NCBI GenBank assembly: GCA_045536965.1
Contig: JAZSON010000019.1
Span: forward strand, 7,393 to 71,392
DNA from: Eubacteriales bacterium
GTDB taxonomy: Bacteria; Bacillota; Clostridia; Oscillospirales; SIG627
DNA length: 64,000 bases
Direction: 5' to 3'
In this document: positions 49,701 to 59,324 of the stretch, piece after piece
How the letters are laid out: every line of letters begins with the position of its first letter
Position numbering within the stretch: the first letter of the stretch is position 1
The notes under the pieces: generated by a model
Told to the model about the DNA's origin: nothing
What the model saw: only the letters and a program-made list of their open reading frames with translations
Database searches by the model: none
Program-made: the position numbers and the translations under genes

Positions 49701-50787
49701 CGGGCAATGCACTCTCATCAATCGCATACTCATAGCCTTCATAGGCGTTAACGGTTTTGCTGCCGCTGCATTCAGCACCTTCAGCACCCGTAGCGTAGAA
49801 CATGTTGATCTCGCCGCCATATAAATTCAAAATAAAATCTGCAGAAGAGGCCGCCGTACTGGACGAAGAACCGAGGTAAAGATTAGAAATAGAAGCATCG
49901 CCGCGCAGATTAAGGACACGGGTTCCCGTAGCACCCGTTCTGTAACCGGCCATGTACATATTCATAACGACACCGGAAACGTCGTAGGTAGCCTTTTCGG
50001 TTTTACCGCAGCCATAGAAATCGTAAACAATGACGCCCGCGCCAATCTTTACGTTGGACTCGGAGCCGGAAACGGCGGTGGTGGTAGTATCCATGGTCAC
50101 CGAGCTGAAGGAGCCGCCCATAAGGTTAACGGTGTTGCCGAGTTTCTGTAAAGTAATGGTGAAGTTTTCTTTGTTGACACCATTGATCTTGACATCATCT
50201 TCAAAAGTCAAAGATACACTCTTCGAGCAAGTGAAAGAAATATTGTCAGCATAAGCATCAATTTCGATGTTATCAAAGGAAAGATCGCTCTTTACATAGA
50301 AAATGAGTTCCAGACCCACCAACTTATCAGGGTTAGAGGTGGAAGGATCGGCAATATCCTTAACCGATTCATAGCTTTGGGTCAACTTACCGCCCGCGCC
50401 ACGAATGGTTACAGGGAAAGAAAGCTCTTCGGATTTAAACTGCACTTTCAAATGATTACCGCCGCTACCTGCAACGATGGCAACAGTCGATTGGTACAGC
50501 TTGTTTTGAGCGCGCGACTTGATCGTTTCGACCAAGGGGGTGTCGCCCGAAACCAAAATAACCGCTTCATCGGGAGCAGTAGACATATTGGCCAAATAAT
50601 TATAGGCCGTATTAAAGTTTAAAAAGGGTTTTTCCTGAGAACCGTCACTGTCGGTACCGGTATAGGCACCGTTGACATAGACAGTCTCAACGACTGCTTC
50701 TTCAGCGTTTACAAACAAACCCGAAACCATCGGGATGGTTGAAAACACCATCAGCAGCGCAAGGATGAGTGCTGTTAATCTTTTCAT
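46723..50787 (-). CDS. Large secreted/cell-wall-anchored repetitive beta-solenoid protein (paralog A)
   Basis: AAGGAG RBS, signal peptide, the same four-module layout as paralog B, and C-terminal VATGD + TM + RRKKR. Confidence 0.8.
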   Translation of the reverse strand: MKRLTALILALLMVFSTIPMVSGLFVNAEEAVVETVYVNGAYTGTDSDGSQEKPFLNFNTAYNYLANMSTAPDEAVILVSGDTPLVETIKSRAQNKLYQSTVAIVAGSGGNHLKVQFKSEELSFPVTIRGAGGKLTQSYESVKDIADPSTSNPDKLVGLELIFYVKSDLSFDNIEIDAYADNISFTCSKSVSLTFEDDVKINGVNKENFTITLQKLGNTVNLMGGSFSSVTMDTTTTAVSGSESNVKIGAGVIVYDFYGCGKTEKATYDVSGVVMNMYMAGYRTGATGTRVLNLRGDASISNLYLGSSSSTAASSADFILNLYGGEINMFYATGAEGAECSGSKTVNAYEGYEYAIDESALPGMTVRNEYRTNPPAGPAPSYTVYVGEGGNDANNGKTPATKLESLDAAISKAIGVYNRGLALSVVINVVGKVEMSVATRYVTPKFDFPLTIKGGSIVNNWSGNNFNLIFQGPIILKDIDMSFPNITWVYIYGQQVNASYTPISPEAAYPITLDGCVFSTAGYSVLVGRSSADIKLLNGSKVERLLGGKTIYVEDSTVTGYIAGLYSGDIAGSDTYITMRNSTTPVVFPGGYSIETNKAVLRLEKGSSVTSYIRASYGGGGAAAKCYVEEMTVIFAGGTAVKPQGKGDNYYRFNQAETGETGVSKIIVDGNIGLKYAPAESACVDFDSYEVINFNPNVKETVYVDPTYTGLESDGSKAKPFTNLSDAFQNFIDSADDGTIILLKDTELPNGSGIPAFEGVVTITSNKKAKLFLGSDAENIQEFESSIIFKNITLAVNASAPAEATIYANGNDIVFGSGVTVADFDLNVYGGSRDGRTVKSSKITLNSGDYKKVVGGNASGDVSGDIEIIVEGANVDLLIGGNENDTVFGGVYIWVEKGVVNTLYAANYTSGTVQSTGVLVRNKNAKITTLLTTMLSDGETSGVTEGGDTILKKLGSAKLPAEEFVVGFADRDTSTSTSIYVNGKTKVPYAQADGSKTKPYNNLIDAFIAADAAEANAGKFLESIEIIVTGATELNENLLSKLSESARKYLKVSLSTNATTGLKINNTTVSTPVMSTPVTIRGTGSGKLIAAAATKYTLADNSTYTFDNDYRTFAPSASITYKNITLEISNARQHLYPTAGYSTYFTSTFNRVGGVALYVINPGGKGVKMMVFGGTFNYIWTNRYGDGEVIVGGDATRITGYLAGYNGGLNNKIEILGGVVSQLYGGPSSGGMNGDVTITVVGGNVGTMYAGGMAGDLAGNVRVNLGGGTVSGVLDGDFKSGAKHVSGKRTLRYTVEFAVKARTATNFDSMKMVDRIVATGDDGSILIWSGAFLMALAGFASLMLLRRKKRYSAN

Positions 50788-50867
50788 TTCTAATTTCTCC
50801 TTCAGTCTTAGCCTCTTTGCAATACTATATTCCACAATTACACATATGGATACTATTGCACATTGCT

Positions 50868-50896
50868 ATTTTAACATGAGCAGAGCAAATTGTCAA
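50868..50896 (-). promoter_or_regulatory. Sigma-A promoter of paralog A
   Basis: Minus strand TTGACA-17 nt-TAAAAT with TG extension. Confidence 0.7.
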
Positions 50897-50971
50897 GATT
50901 CAATCTGCACATTGGAAATAATTTTTTGGTCAAATGTAAAATTTCAGCACTTATTTTTAAGCAATATATAC

Positions 50972-51000
50972 AAAAGCACCCCCGAAAAACGGGGGTGCTT
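50972..51000 (-). terminator. Terminator of the str operon
   Basis: AAGCACCCCCG-loop-CGGGGGTGCTTTT. Confidence 0.85.
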
Positions 51001-51018
51001 GAGAACAGAAAACTGTTA

Positions 51019-52224
51019 TTAAGCGTTGATTTCGATAACAACACCGGAACCGACGGTTCTGCCGCCTTCGCGAATAGCGAAACGGAGACCTTTTTCGATA
51101 GCGATGGGGGTGATGAGTTCAACGATCATATCAACGTTGTCGCCCGGTTTGCACATTTCAACGCCATCGGGAAGGGTGATAACACCGGTAACGTCAGTGG
51201 TTCTGAAATAGAACTGGGGACGATAGTTGTTGAAGAAGGGTTTGTGACGGCCGCCTTCTTTTTCGGTCAAAACGTAAACCTGACCAACAAACTTGGTGTG
51301 GGGGTTGATGGAGCCGGGTTTTGCAAGAACCTGACCTCTTTCGATACCGTTTTTAGCGATACCGCGGAGCAGACAACCGATGTTGTCGCCGGCCTGAGCT
51401 TCGGTCATTTCTTTTCTGAACATTTCGATACCGGTAATGGTGGTCTTCTTGATTTCGTCTTCCAAACCAACGATATCAACTTCTTCGTACATCTTGATGG
51501 TACCTCTCTCTACTCTACCGGTAGCAACAGTGCCACGTCCGGGGATAGAGAAGACGTCTTCAACGGGCATCAAGAAGGGAAGGTCGGATTGACGATCGGG
51601 GGTGGGGATGAATTCGTCAACAGCGTTCATCAGTTCAACGATGGAAGCATACTCGGGAGCGTTCACATCGGTGCTAGAGCATTCGAGAGCAGAACGGGCA
51701 GAACCGCGAATGATGGGGGTGTCATCGCCGGGGAAGTCGTACTGGGAAAGAAGGTCACGAATGTCCATTTCAACCAGTTCGAGAAGTTCTTCGTCATCAA
51801 CGAGGTCGCATTTGTTCATATAAACAACGATCGAGGGAACGCCAACCTGACGAGCGAGCAGGATGTGCTCACGGGTCTGCTGCATGGGACCGTCGGAAGC
51901 GGCAACAACAAGGATAGCACCGTCCATCTGAGCGGCACCGGTGATCATGTTTTTAACATAGTCAGCGTGGCCCGGGCAGTCAACGTGAGCATAGTGTCTT
52001 GCTTCGGTCTGATATTCAACGTGACGGGTGTTGATTGTGATACCTCTGGCTCTTTCTTCAGGAGCGTTATCGATTTGGTCGTATGCCAAGAATTCGATAT
52101 TGTTGTCTCTCAAAGCCAAGGTTTTGGTGATTGCAGCGGTCAAAGTGGTCTTACCATGGTCAACGTGACCGATGGTACCGATATTGACGTGGGGTTTGCT
52201 TCTTTCAAATTTTGCCTTTGCCAT
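51019..52224 (-). CDS. tuf: Elongation factor Tu
   Basis: [30 protein letters not shown] and [14 protein letters not shown] motifs. Confidence 0.99.
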   Translation of the reverse strand: MAKAKFERSKPHVNIGTIGHVDHGKTTLTAAITKTLALRDNNIEFLAYDQIDNAPEERARGITINTRHVEYQTEARHYAHVDCPGHADYVKNMITGAAQMDGAILVVAASDGPMQQTREHILLARQVGVPSIVVYMNKCDLVDDEELLELVEMDIRDLLSQYDFPGDDTPIIRGSARSALECSSTDVNAPEYASIVELMNAVDEFIPTPDRQSDLPFLMPVEDVFSIPGRGTVATGRVERGTIKMYEEVDIVGLEDEIKKTTITGIEMFRKEMTEAQAGDNIGCLLRGIAKNGIERGQVLAKPGSINPHTKFVGQVYVLTEKEGGRHKPFFNNYRPQFYFRTTDVTGVITLPDGVEMCKPGDNVDMIVELITPIAIEKGLRFAIREGGRTVGSGVVIEINA

Positions 52225-52260
52225 TGTAATTTCCTCCTTAAAACTTGTTTTGTGTTAAAT

Positions 52261-54336
52261 TTATACGTTTCTTGTAGCCAACGCTTCTTGCGTAGCTTTG
52301 GGTACTTCGGTATAGTGGCTGGGTTCCATTGTGTAGACGCCACGGCCTTGGGTTCTGGAACGAAGGTCGGTTGCATAACCGAACATTTCCGCCAAAGGCA
52401 CAAAGGCATTTACTTGCTGGACACCGTCTCCGTTTTGCTCCATGCCGGAAATCTGACCGCGGCGACTGGAAAGGTCACCAATGACATCACCCAGATAATC
52501 ATCGGGAACAACAACGGTTACTTTCATGATGGGTTCCATCAACACGGGATCGGCCTTTCTCATAGCCTCTTTAAATGCCATGGAAGCGGCAATCTTAAAG
52601 GCCATTTCAGAAGAGTCGACTTCGTGGTAAGAACCATCGTAGAGAGTGACTTTGCAGTCAACGACTTGGTAACCGGCTACAACACCCGTCTGCATAGCGC
52701 CGCGAATACCGGCATCAACAGCAGGAATGTATTCCTTGGGTACGGCACCGCCAACAACTTTATTGATGAACTCGTATCCTTTGCCGGATTCGTTGGGTTC
52801 AAGAATAATTTTGACGTGGCCGTATTGACCTTTACCACCCGACTGCTTGGCATACTTGTGATCCACATCGGCAGACTTGCGGATGGTTTCCTTGTAAGAA
52901 ACCTGCGGTTTACCCACATTGGCTTCTACGCGGAATTCTCTGAGAAGTCGATCGACGATGATTTCAAGATGCAATTCGCCCATACCGGCGATAATAGTTT
53001 GGCTGGTATCCTCATCGGTGTAGGTTTTGAACGTCGGATCTTCTTCGGCCAATTTTGCCAAGGCAATGCCCATCTTTTCTTGACCTGCTTTGGTCTTCGG
53101 CTCAATCGCAACACGGATAACCGGCTCGGGGAATTCCATAGATTCCAAGATGATAGGATGTTTTTCATCACAGAGTGTGTCACCCGTCGTAGTGTTTCTG
53201 ACACCAACGACAGCGGCAATATCACCTGCATAAATCTCCTCAACATCCTGACGGTGGTTGGAGTGCATTTGAACGATACGACCAAGACGTTCGCGGCCAT
53301 CTTTGGTGGCGTTGTAAACGGTGGAACCTACCTTGACAGAGCCGGAATAAACACGGACAAAGCAAATACGTCCCACAAAGGGATCGGTCGCAATCTTAAA
53401 TGCGAGCGCGGAAAACGGCTCTTCGTCGCTGGCGTGACGAACATCCTCTTCACCTGAATCCTGAGATACACCGCGGATAGCGGGAATGTCGGTCGGCGCG
53501 GGCATGTAGGCCACAACAGCATCAAGCAGTTTCTGGACACCTTTGTTTCTATAAGAGGTACCGCAGATAACAGGTACCATTTTTCCGTCAATGGTTGCTT
53601 TGCGGATCGCCGCTTGCATTTCTTCAAAAGTGAATTCTTCACCTTCGAGATATTTTTCCATCAACTCATCGCTGGTATCTGCAATGGCCTCCAACAGATT
53701 GTTGTGATATTCTTCTGCCTTTTCCTTCATGTCGGCGGGGATATCCTGTTCAAGGATATCGGTACCCAAGTTGTTGGTGTAAATATACGCCTTCATCTTG
53801 AGCAAGTCGATGATACCGACAAACTGATCTTCAGCACCGATGGGCAACTGAATCGGAACGGCATTCGCCTTCAAACGATCGCGGATCTGGCTGACAACAC
53901 GGTAGAAGTTGGCACCGGAAATATCCATTTTATTTACGTATGCCATGCGAGGAACACCATACTTATCAGCTTGTCTCCAAACTGTTTCGGACTGGGGTTC
54001 AACACCGCCTTTTGCACAAAAAACCGTGACCGAGCCATCGAGAACTCGCAGAGATCTCTCTACTTCCACGGTAAAGTCAACGTGTCCGGGAGTGTCTATC
54101 AAGTTAATGCGGTGACCTTGCCAGTAGCAGGTGGTAGCAGCAGAAGTAATGGTAATACCTCTCTCCTGTTCTTGCTCCATCCAGTCCATTGTGGCACCGC
54201 CTTCGTGGACTTCTCCTAACTTATGGGTCTTACCGGTGTAGAAAAGGATTCTTTCGGATGTAGTTGTTTTACCGGCATCAATGTGTGCCATGATTCCGAT
54301 GTTTCTAATCCGCTCCAGGGGATATTCTCGAGGCAT
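52261..54336 (-). CDS. fusA: Elongation factor G
   Basis: [23 protein letters not shown] and [13 protein letters not shown] motifs. Confidence 0.99.
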   Translation of the reverse strand: MPREYPLERIRNIGIMAHIDAGKTTTSERILFYTGKTHKLGEVHEGGATMDWMEQEQERGITITSAATTCYWQGHRINLIDTPGHVDFTVEVERSLRVLDGSVTVFCAKGGVEPQSETVWRQADKYGVPRMAYVNKMDISGANFYRVVSQIRDRLKANAVPIQLPIGAEDQFVGIIDLLKMKAYIYTNNLGTDILEQDIPADMKEKAEEYHNNLLEAIADTSDELMEKYLEGEEFTFEEMQAAIRKATIDGKMVPVICGTSYRNKGVQKLLDAVVAYMPAPTDIPAIRGVSQDSGEEDVRHASDEEPFSALAFKIATDPFVGRICFVRVYSGSVKVGSTVYNATKDGRERLGRIVQMHSNHRQDVEEIYAGDIAAVVGVRNTTTGDTLCDEKHPIILESMEFPEPVIRVAIEPKTKAGQEKMGIALAKLAEEDPTFKTYTDEDTSQTIIAGMGELHLEIIVDRLLREFRVEANVGKPQVSYKETIRKSADVDHKYAKQSGGKGQYGHVKIILEPNESGKGYEFINKVVGGAVPKEYIPAVDAGIRGAMQTGVVAGYQVVDCKVTLYDGSYHEVDSSEMAFKIAASMAFKEAMRKADPVLMEPIMKVTVVVPDDYLGDVIGDLSSRRGQISGMEQNGDGVQQVNAFVPLAEMFGYATDLRSRTQGRGVYTMEPSHYTEVPKATQEALATRNV

Positions 54337-54372
54337 GAAAGCGCTCTCCTTTCAAAGAGATGGAATAAATAA

Positions 54373-54843
54373 TTAATATCTGTAGTGAGCAAACGCCTTG
54401 TTTGCTTCTGCCATTTTGTGCGTGTCGTCTCTCTTTTTGACGGCAGCACCAAGATTGTTAACTGCATCCATGATTTCACCTGCGAGACGTTCGGACATCT
54501 TTCTCTCGCTGCGTGCTCTGGAATAGTTAATCAGCCAACGCAAACCTAAAGTCTGCTTTCTTTCCGGCCGCACTTCCATAGGAACTTGATAAGTAGAGCC
54601 ACCTACACGGCGAGCTTTTACTTCCAAGGTAGGCATAATGTTGTTGAGAGCCTTTTGGAACACGTCCAAAGGATTCTCACCGGTCTTTGCCTGAACAATT
54701 TCGAAAGCATCGTACACGATTCCTTGCGCAACACCTTTTTTACCATCATACATGATGTTATTGATGAGCTTGGTAACGAGCTTGGAATTGTAAAGCGGGT
54801 CGGGCATAATATCACGTTTGGATATCTGACCTCTTCTCGGCAC
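54373..54843 (-). CDS. rpsG: 30S ribosomal protein S7
   Basis: PRRG...[15 protein letters not shown] and [17 protein letters not shown] start with AAGGAGG RBS. Confidence 0.98.
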   Translation of the reverse strand: MPRRGQISKRDIMPDPLYNSKLVTKLINNIMYDGKKGVAQGIVYDAFEIVQAKTGENPLDVFQKALNNIMPTLEVKARRVGGSTYQVPMEVRPERKQTLGLRWLINYSRARSERKMSERLAGEIMDAVNNLGAAVKKRDDTHKMAEANKAFAHYRY

Positions 54844-54996
54844 AGTACTTCCCTCCTTCATAATATTTAATGATATCAGCGGTACTCGGACTTTTCGTCC
54901 GTTTGTGCGCAACAAATGAAGCCGAAAATATATTCAATTTGCATAAATGCAACATACATATTCAAGTTTCAGATGATTCGCACGGTTTTTGGGTTC

Positions 54997-55410
54997 TTAC
55001 TTTTTGGGTCTCTTTGCACCGTACTTGGATCTTGCTTGGTTTCTTCCGGCTACGCCCTGGGTATCCAATGTGCCGCGAATGATATGGTAGCGGACACCCG
55101 GAAGGTCCTTGACCTTGCCACCGCGAATCATAACCACCGAGTGCTCTTGCAGGTTGTGACCAATACCGGGAATGTAGGCGGTCACTTCGTATCCGTTGGT
55201 CAATCTGACACGGGCGATTTTACGCAACGCAGAGTTCGGTTTTTTGGGGGTCTTGGTGGAAACCTTGGTGCAGACACCGCGCTTTTGGGGAGAAGCAAGT
55301 TCAACTTCCTTCTTCTTCAGGGTATTGACCGTGAATTGAAGCGCAGGGGCCTTGGACTTGTAGGTCACTTTCTGACGACCATTGCGAACCAACTGGTTAA
55401 ATGTGGGCAT
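54997..55410 (-). CDS. rpsL: 30S ribosomal protein S12
   Basis: [18 protein letters not shown] and [10 protein letters not shown] motifs. Confidence 0.99.
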   Translation of the reverse strand: MPTFNQLVRNGRQKVTYKSKAPALQFTVNTLKKKEVELASPQKRGVCTKVSTKTPKKPNSALRKIARVRLTNGYEVTAYIPGIGHNLQEHSVVMIRGGKVKDLPGVRYHIIRGTLDTQGVAGRNQARSKYGAKRPKK

Positions 55411-55539
55411 AAGACAACTCCTTTCTTCGAAAAATATTATAGCAGCGCACAGCGCAAACTATCCGTTTTTCCCTGTTTTTATCTGCTTTTTTTCACTACA
55501 AAGAAAGCAAATACCCGCAAAGGGGCAACAACAATAAGC

Positions 55540-55569
55540 AGTTTACCATATATCACTCGTATCTGTCAA
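55540..55569 (-). promoter_or_regulatory. Sigma-A promoter of the str operon
   Basis: Minus strand TTGACA-18 nt-TAAACT with TG extension. Confidence 0.6.
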
Positions 55570-55650
55570 GTGATTTTTTTGTTTTTTCGGCCATTTTTAC
55601 AAAAAAATAAAAAAATCTTTAAACAACTTGCCGAAAAAGAATCATCTCGC

Positions 55651-55697
55651 AAAAAAACCATCCCACACCGAAACGCAACGCATTTCGATGTGGGATG
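55651..55697 (-). terminator. Terminator after rpoC
   Basis: CATCCCACATCGAAA...TTTCGGTGTGGGATG followed by GTTTTTTT on the minus strand. Confidence 0.8.
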
Positions 55698-55721
55698 CAT
55701 CAGACGGGTTAAATCAAAAGA

Positions 55722-58700
55722 TCAGTCCTGTGCCTCTTCTTCAGCATTTTCGAAAATGGTATCTTTATATTCCACTTTCAGATCGCGGTAGATCGGCATA
55801 CCTGTACCTGCGGGAATCAATTTACCGATAATAACATTTTCTTTCAAGCCGAGCAGGGGATCTTCTTTACCTTTGATCGCAGCTTCGGTCAACACCTTGG
55901 TGGTTTCTTGGAACGAAGCAGCCGACAAGAAGGAGTCGGTAGACAATGCAGCCTTGGTGATACCAAGCAGAACGGGGCTGCCCGTTGCTTCTCTGAGAGT
56001 CATCTCACCTGCTGCAATGCGTTGTGCAATTTCTTCGTTTTCTTGCACAAACTCATTCACCTCTACCAAAGAACCGAGAAGCAATTTGGTATCGCCTGCA
56101 TCTTCGATGCGGACTTTTCTGGTCATCTGGCGAGCAATGACTTCCACGTGCTTATCATTGATATCAACCGCTTGCAACTTGTACACGCGTTGGATTTCGC
56201 GAACGATATAATCGTAAACCGCATCCAAACCTTCAACACGGAGAATATCTGCCGGAATCTTGAAGCCCTCGGTCAACGACTGGCCCTTCACAACGAAGCT
56301 GCCTTCTTCGACCTTGAGCGGCAGATTGTAAACGGGATAAACCTTGATTTCACCGCTATCGGGATTGGTAAGCACAAACGAACGGATATTCTTGACCTTT
56401 TCAACCGTAACCACACCATCGAATTCAGCAATAATAGCAGGATTCTTGGGACGGCGTGCTTCAAAGATTTCTTCAACACGCGGCAAACCTTGTGTAATAT
56501 CTCCGCCTGCAACACCACCTGTGTGGAAGGTTCTCATGGTCAACTGGGTACCCGGTTCACCGATGGACTGGGCGGCGATAATACCAACCGCTTCACCAAT
56601 GTTGACCGGTTTGCCGGATGCAAGGTCGGCACCGTAGCAATGTGCGCAAACGCCGTATTTGCTCTTACATTTGAGGATGGAACGCACTTTAACTTCTTCG
56701 ATACCTGCAGAGACGATCTTCTTGACATCCTCGTCGTCCAGCATCACGTTGCGTTCGACCAACACTTCGCCGCTCTTGGGATCCACCACATCTTCGGCGG
56801 TATAACGACCGACGATACGTTCGCCCAACTCTTCAATTTTTTCCTTGCCGCTGTAAATCTTGGTCATGACGATACCGTCTTCGGTACCGCAATCCTCTTC
56901 GCGAACGATAACATCTTGCGAAACGTCAACCAAACGACGAGTCAAATAACCCGAGTCGGCAGTACGGAGAGCCGTATCGGCGAGACCTTTACGAGCACCA
57001 CGGGCCGCGATGAAGTATTCCAAGATATTCAAACCCTCACGGAAGTTTGCTTTGATCGGGAGTTCCAGCGTTTTACCGGTAGCAGTGGCCATCAAACCAC
57101 GCATACCTGCAAGCTGACGGATCTGCTTGATAGAACCACGGGCACCGGAGACTGCCATCATATTGATGGGGTTATCCTGCGCAAGGTTCTTATTCAAAGC
57201 ATCGGTCACGGCATCGGTGGCATCTTCCCAAATCTTGATAACGCTCTTATAGCGCTCATCATCCGAAATGATACCTTCGGCAAACATTTCGAAGACCGCA
57301 TCCACCTTTTTGTCGGCTTCGGCCAAAATGGTCTTCTTTTGGGGCGGTACGGTCATATCGGAAACCGAAATGGTAATGGCACCGCGAGTAGAATACTTAA
57401 AGCCCATCGCTTTGATTTCGTCCAAAACCTCGGCGGTCTTGGTGGCGCCCGCATACTTAATGCAGCGGTCGATAATGTCGCCGAGCTTGCCTTTAGTAAC
57501 AGCAAAATTGATTTCAGGAACCAACGCATTCTCGCGTTTGCTTCTGTCAATGTAATGGAGGTTTTGCGGCACTTTTTGGTTGAAGATCAAACGACCAAGG
57601 GTGGATACAACCAAACTGGTGATCGGCTCACCTTTAAATTCGCCCGTCATTCTCACCTTGATGCGCTCATGCAGCGTCAATTCACCGTTTTCATACGCCA
57701 TATTGGCTTCGTTGAAGTCACGGTAAATCTTGGTGATCTGATCATCGGGGATAATATCAGACTCTTTTTCGTAGGTCAAATAGTAGGAACCGAGAACCAT
57801 GTCCTGCGTCGGAACTGTTACAGCCTTACCGTTAACAGGTTTTAACAGGTTGTTGGCCGAAAGCATCAGGAAACGCGCTTCGGCTTGGGCTTCGGCGGAC
57901 AAAGGAACGTGAACAGGCATCTGGTCACCGTCGAAGTCGGCGTTAAATGCCGAACATACGAGGGGATGCAGTTTGATGGCTCTGCCTTCGACCAATACGG
58001 GTTCGAATGCCTGAATGGACAGACGGTGGAGGGTCGGTGCACGGTTTAACAGAACGGGACGTTCTTTGATGACACATTCAAGGGCATCCCAGACTTCGTC
58101 GTATACACGCTCAACCTTCTTCTTTGCATCCTTAATATTAGATGCTTTGCCGGTCTCGCACAAACGCTTCATAACGAAGGGTTTGAAGAGTTCAAGCGCC
58201 ATTTCTTTCGGCAGACCGCACTGATAAAGTTTCAGGTCGGGGCCGACAACGATAACCGAACGGCCCGAGTAGTCGACACGTTTACCGAGCAAGTTCTGAC
58301 GGAAACGGCCTTGTTTACCGCGGAGCATTTCGGAGAGAGATTTGAGAGGACGGTTGTTCGGACCTGTAACGGCACGACCACGGCGACCGTTGTCAATGAG
58401 AGCATCGACCGCTTCCTGCAACATTCTCTTTTCATTGCGAATAATGATTTGGGGCGCCTTCAACTCCATCAATCTCTTCAAACGGTTGTTGCGGTTGATG
58501 ACGCGGCGGTACAAATCATTCAAGTCAGAGGTGGCGAATCTGCCGCCGTCGAGCTGAACCATCGGACGAATTTCGGGCGGAATGACGGGGATAACATCCA
58601 AAATCATCCACTCGGGACGGTTGCCCGAAAGACGGAATGCTTCAACCACTTCAAGACGTTTGACGATCTTGATTTTTTTCTGTCCGCTGGCGGTGGCAAG

Positions 58701-59306
58701 TTCTGCCTTCAACTGCGCAGACAGTTCTTCCAAATTCAAATTGCAAAGCAGTTTTTTAATGGCTTCTGCACCCATATCGGCTTCAAAATCGCCTTCAAAA
58801 CGCTCGCGCGCCTGACGATATTCGCTCTCGGTCAGAACCTGATTGAGGTGAAGATCGCTCGAACCGGGATCTGTAACGATATACTGAGCAAAATAAAGCA
58901 CTTTTTCCAACAACTTGGGAGAAAGATCCAAAAGGAGACCCATTCTGGAGGGAATTGCGCGGAAATACCAAATATGGGAAACAGGGGCGGCCAACTCAAT
59001 GTGGCCCATGCGCTCACGACGCACTTTGTTTGTGGTGATTTCTACACCGCATTTTTCACAAATTTTTCCAACGTAGCGAACCTTTTTGTACTTACCGCAA
59101 TGACATTCCCAATCCTTCATCGGACCGAAAACGCGTTCGCAGAAAAGGCCGTCACGTTCGGGTTTTAACGTACGATAGTTGATCGTTTCGGGTTTTTTGA
59201 CCTCGCCGTAGGACCACTCGCGGATCATTTCGGGAGATGCAAGACCGATTCGGATGCGGTCAAAATCGATATCGTTGCTCTGTGTATCAGGTTTCACATA
59301 TGCCAT
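55722..59306 (-). CDS. rpoC: RNA polymerase beta' subunit
   Basis: Zn finger, [22 protein letters not shown] and SAASFQET motifs. Confidence 0.99.
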   Translation of the reverse strand: MAYVKPDTQSNDIDFDRIRIGLASPEMIREWSYGEVKKPETINYRTLKPERDGLFCERVFGPMKDWECHCGKYKKVRYVGKICEKCGVEITTNKVRRERMGHIELAAPVSHIWYFRAIPSRMGLLLDLSPKLLEKVLYFAQYIVTDPGSSDLHLNQVLTESEYRQARERFEGDFEADMGAEAIKKLLCNLNLEELSAQLKAELATASGQKKIKIVKRLEVVEAFRLSGNRPEWMILDVIPVIPPEIRPMVQLDGGRFATSDLNDLYRRVINRNNRLKRLMELKAPQIIIRNEKRMLQEAVDALIDNGRRGRAVTGPNNRPLKSLSEMLRGKQGRFRQNLLGKRVDYSGRSVIVVGPDLKLYQCGLPKEMALELFKPFVMKRLCETGKASNIKDAKKKVERVYDEVWDALECVIKERPVLLNRAPTLHRLSIQAFEPVLVEGRAIKLHPLVCSAFNADFDGDQMPVHVPLSAEAQAEARFLMLSANNLLKPVNGKAVTVPTQDMVLGSYYLTYEKESDIIPDDQITKIYRDFNEANMAYENGELTLHERIKVRMTGEFKGEPITSLVVSTLGRLIFNQKVPQNLHYIDRSKRENALVPEINFAVTKGKLGDIIDRCIKYAGATKTAEVLDEIKAMGFKYSTRGAITISVSDMTVPPQKKTILAEADKKVDAVFEMFAEGIISDDERYKSVIKIWEDATDAVTDALNKNLAQDNPINMMAVSGARGSIKQIRQLAGMRGLMATATGKTLELPIKANFREGLNILEYFIAARGARKGLADTALRTADSGYLTRRLVDVSQDVIVREEDCGTEDGIVMTKIYSGKEKIEELGERIVGRYTAEDVVDPKSGEVLVERNVMLDDEDVKKIVSAGIEEVKVRSILKCKSKYGVCAHCYGADLASGKPVNIGEAVGIIAAQSIGEPGTQLTMRTFHTGGVAGGDITQGLPRVEEIFEARRPKNPAIIAEFDGVVTVEKVKNIRSFVLTNPDSGEIKVYPVYNLPLKVEEGSFVVKGQSLTEGFKIPADILRVEGLDAVYDYIVREIQRVYKLQAVDINDKHVEVIARQMTRKVRIEDAGDTKLLLGSLVEVNEFVQENEEIAQRIAAGEMTLREATGSPVLLGITKAALSTDSFLSAASFQETTKVLTEAAIKGKEDPLLGLKENVIIGKLIPAGTGMPIYRDLKVEYKDTIFENAEEEAQD

Positions 59307-59324
59307 GCTATCTTTCCTCCCTCA

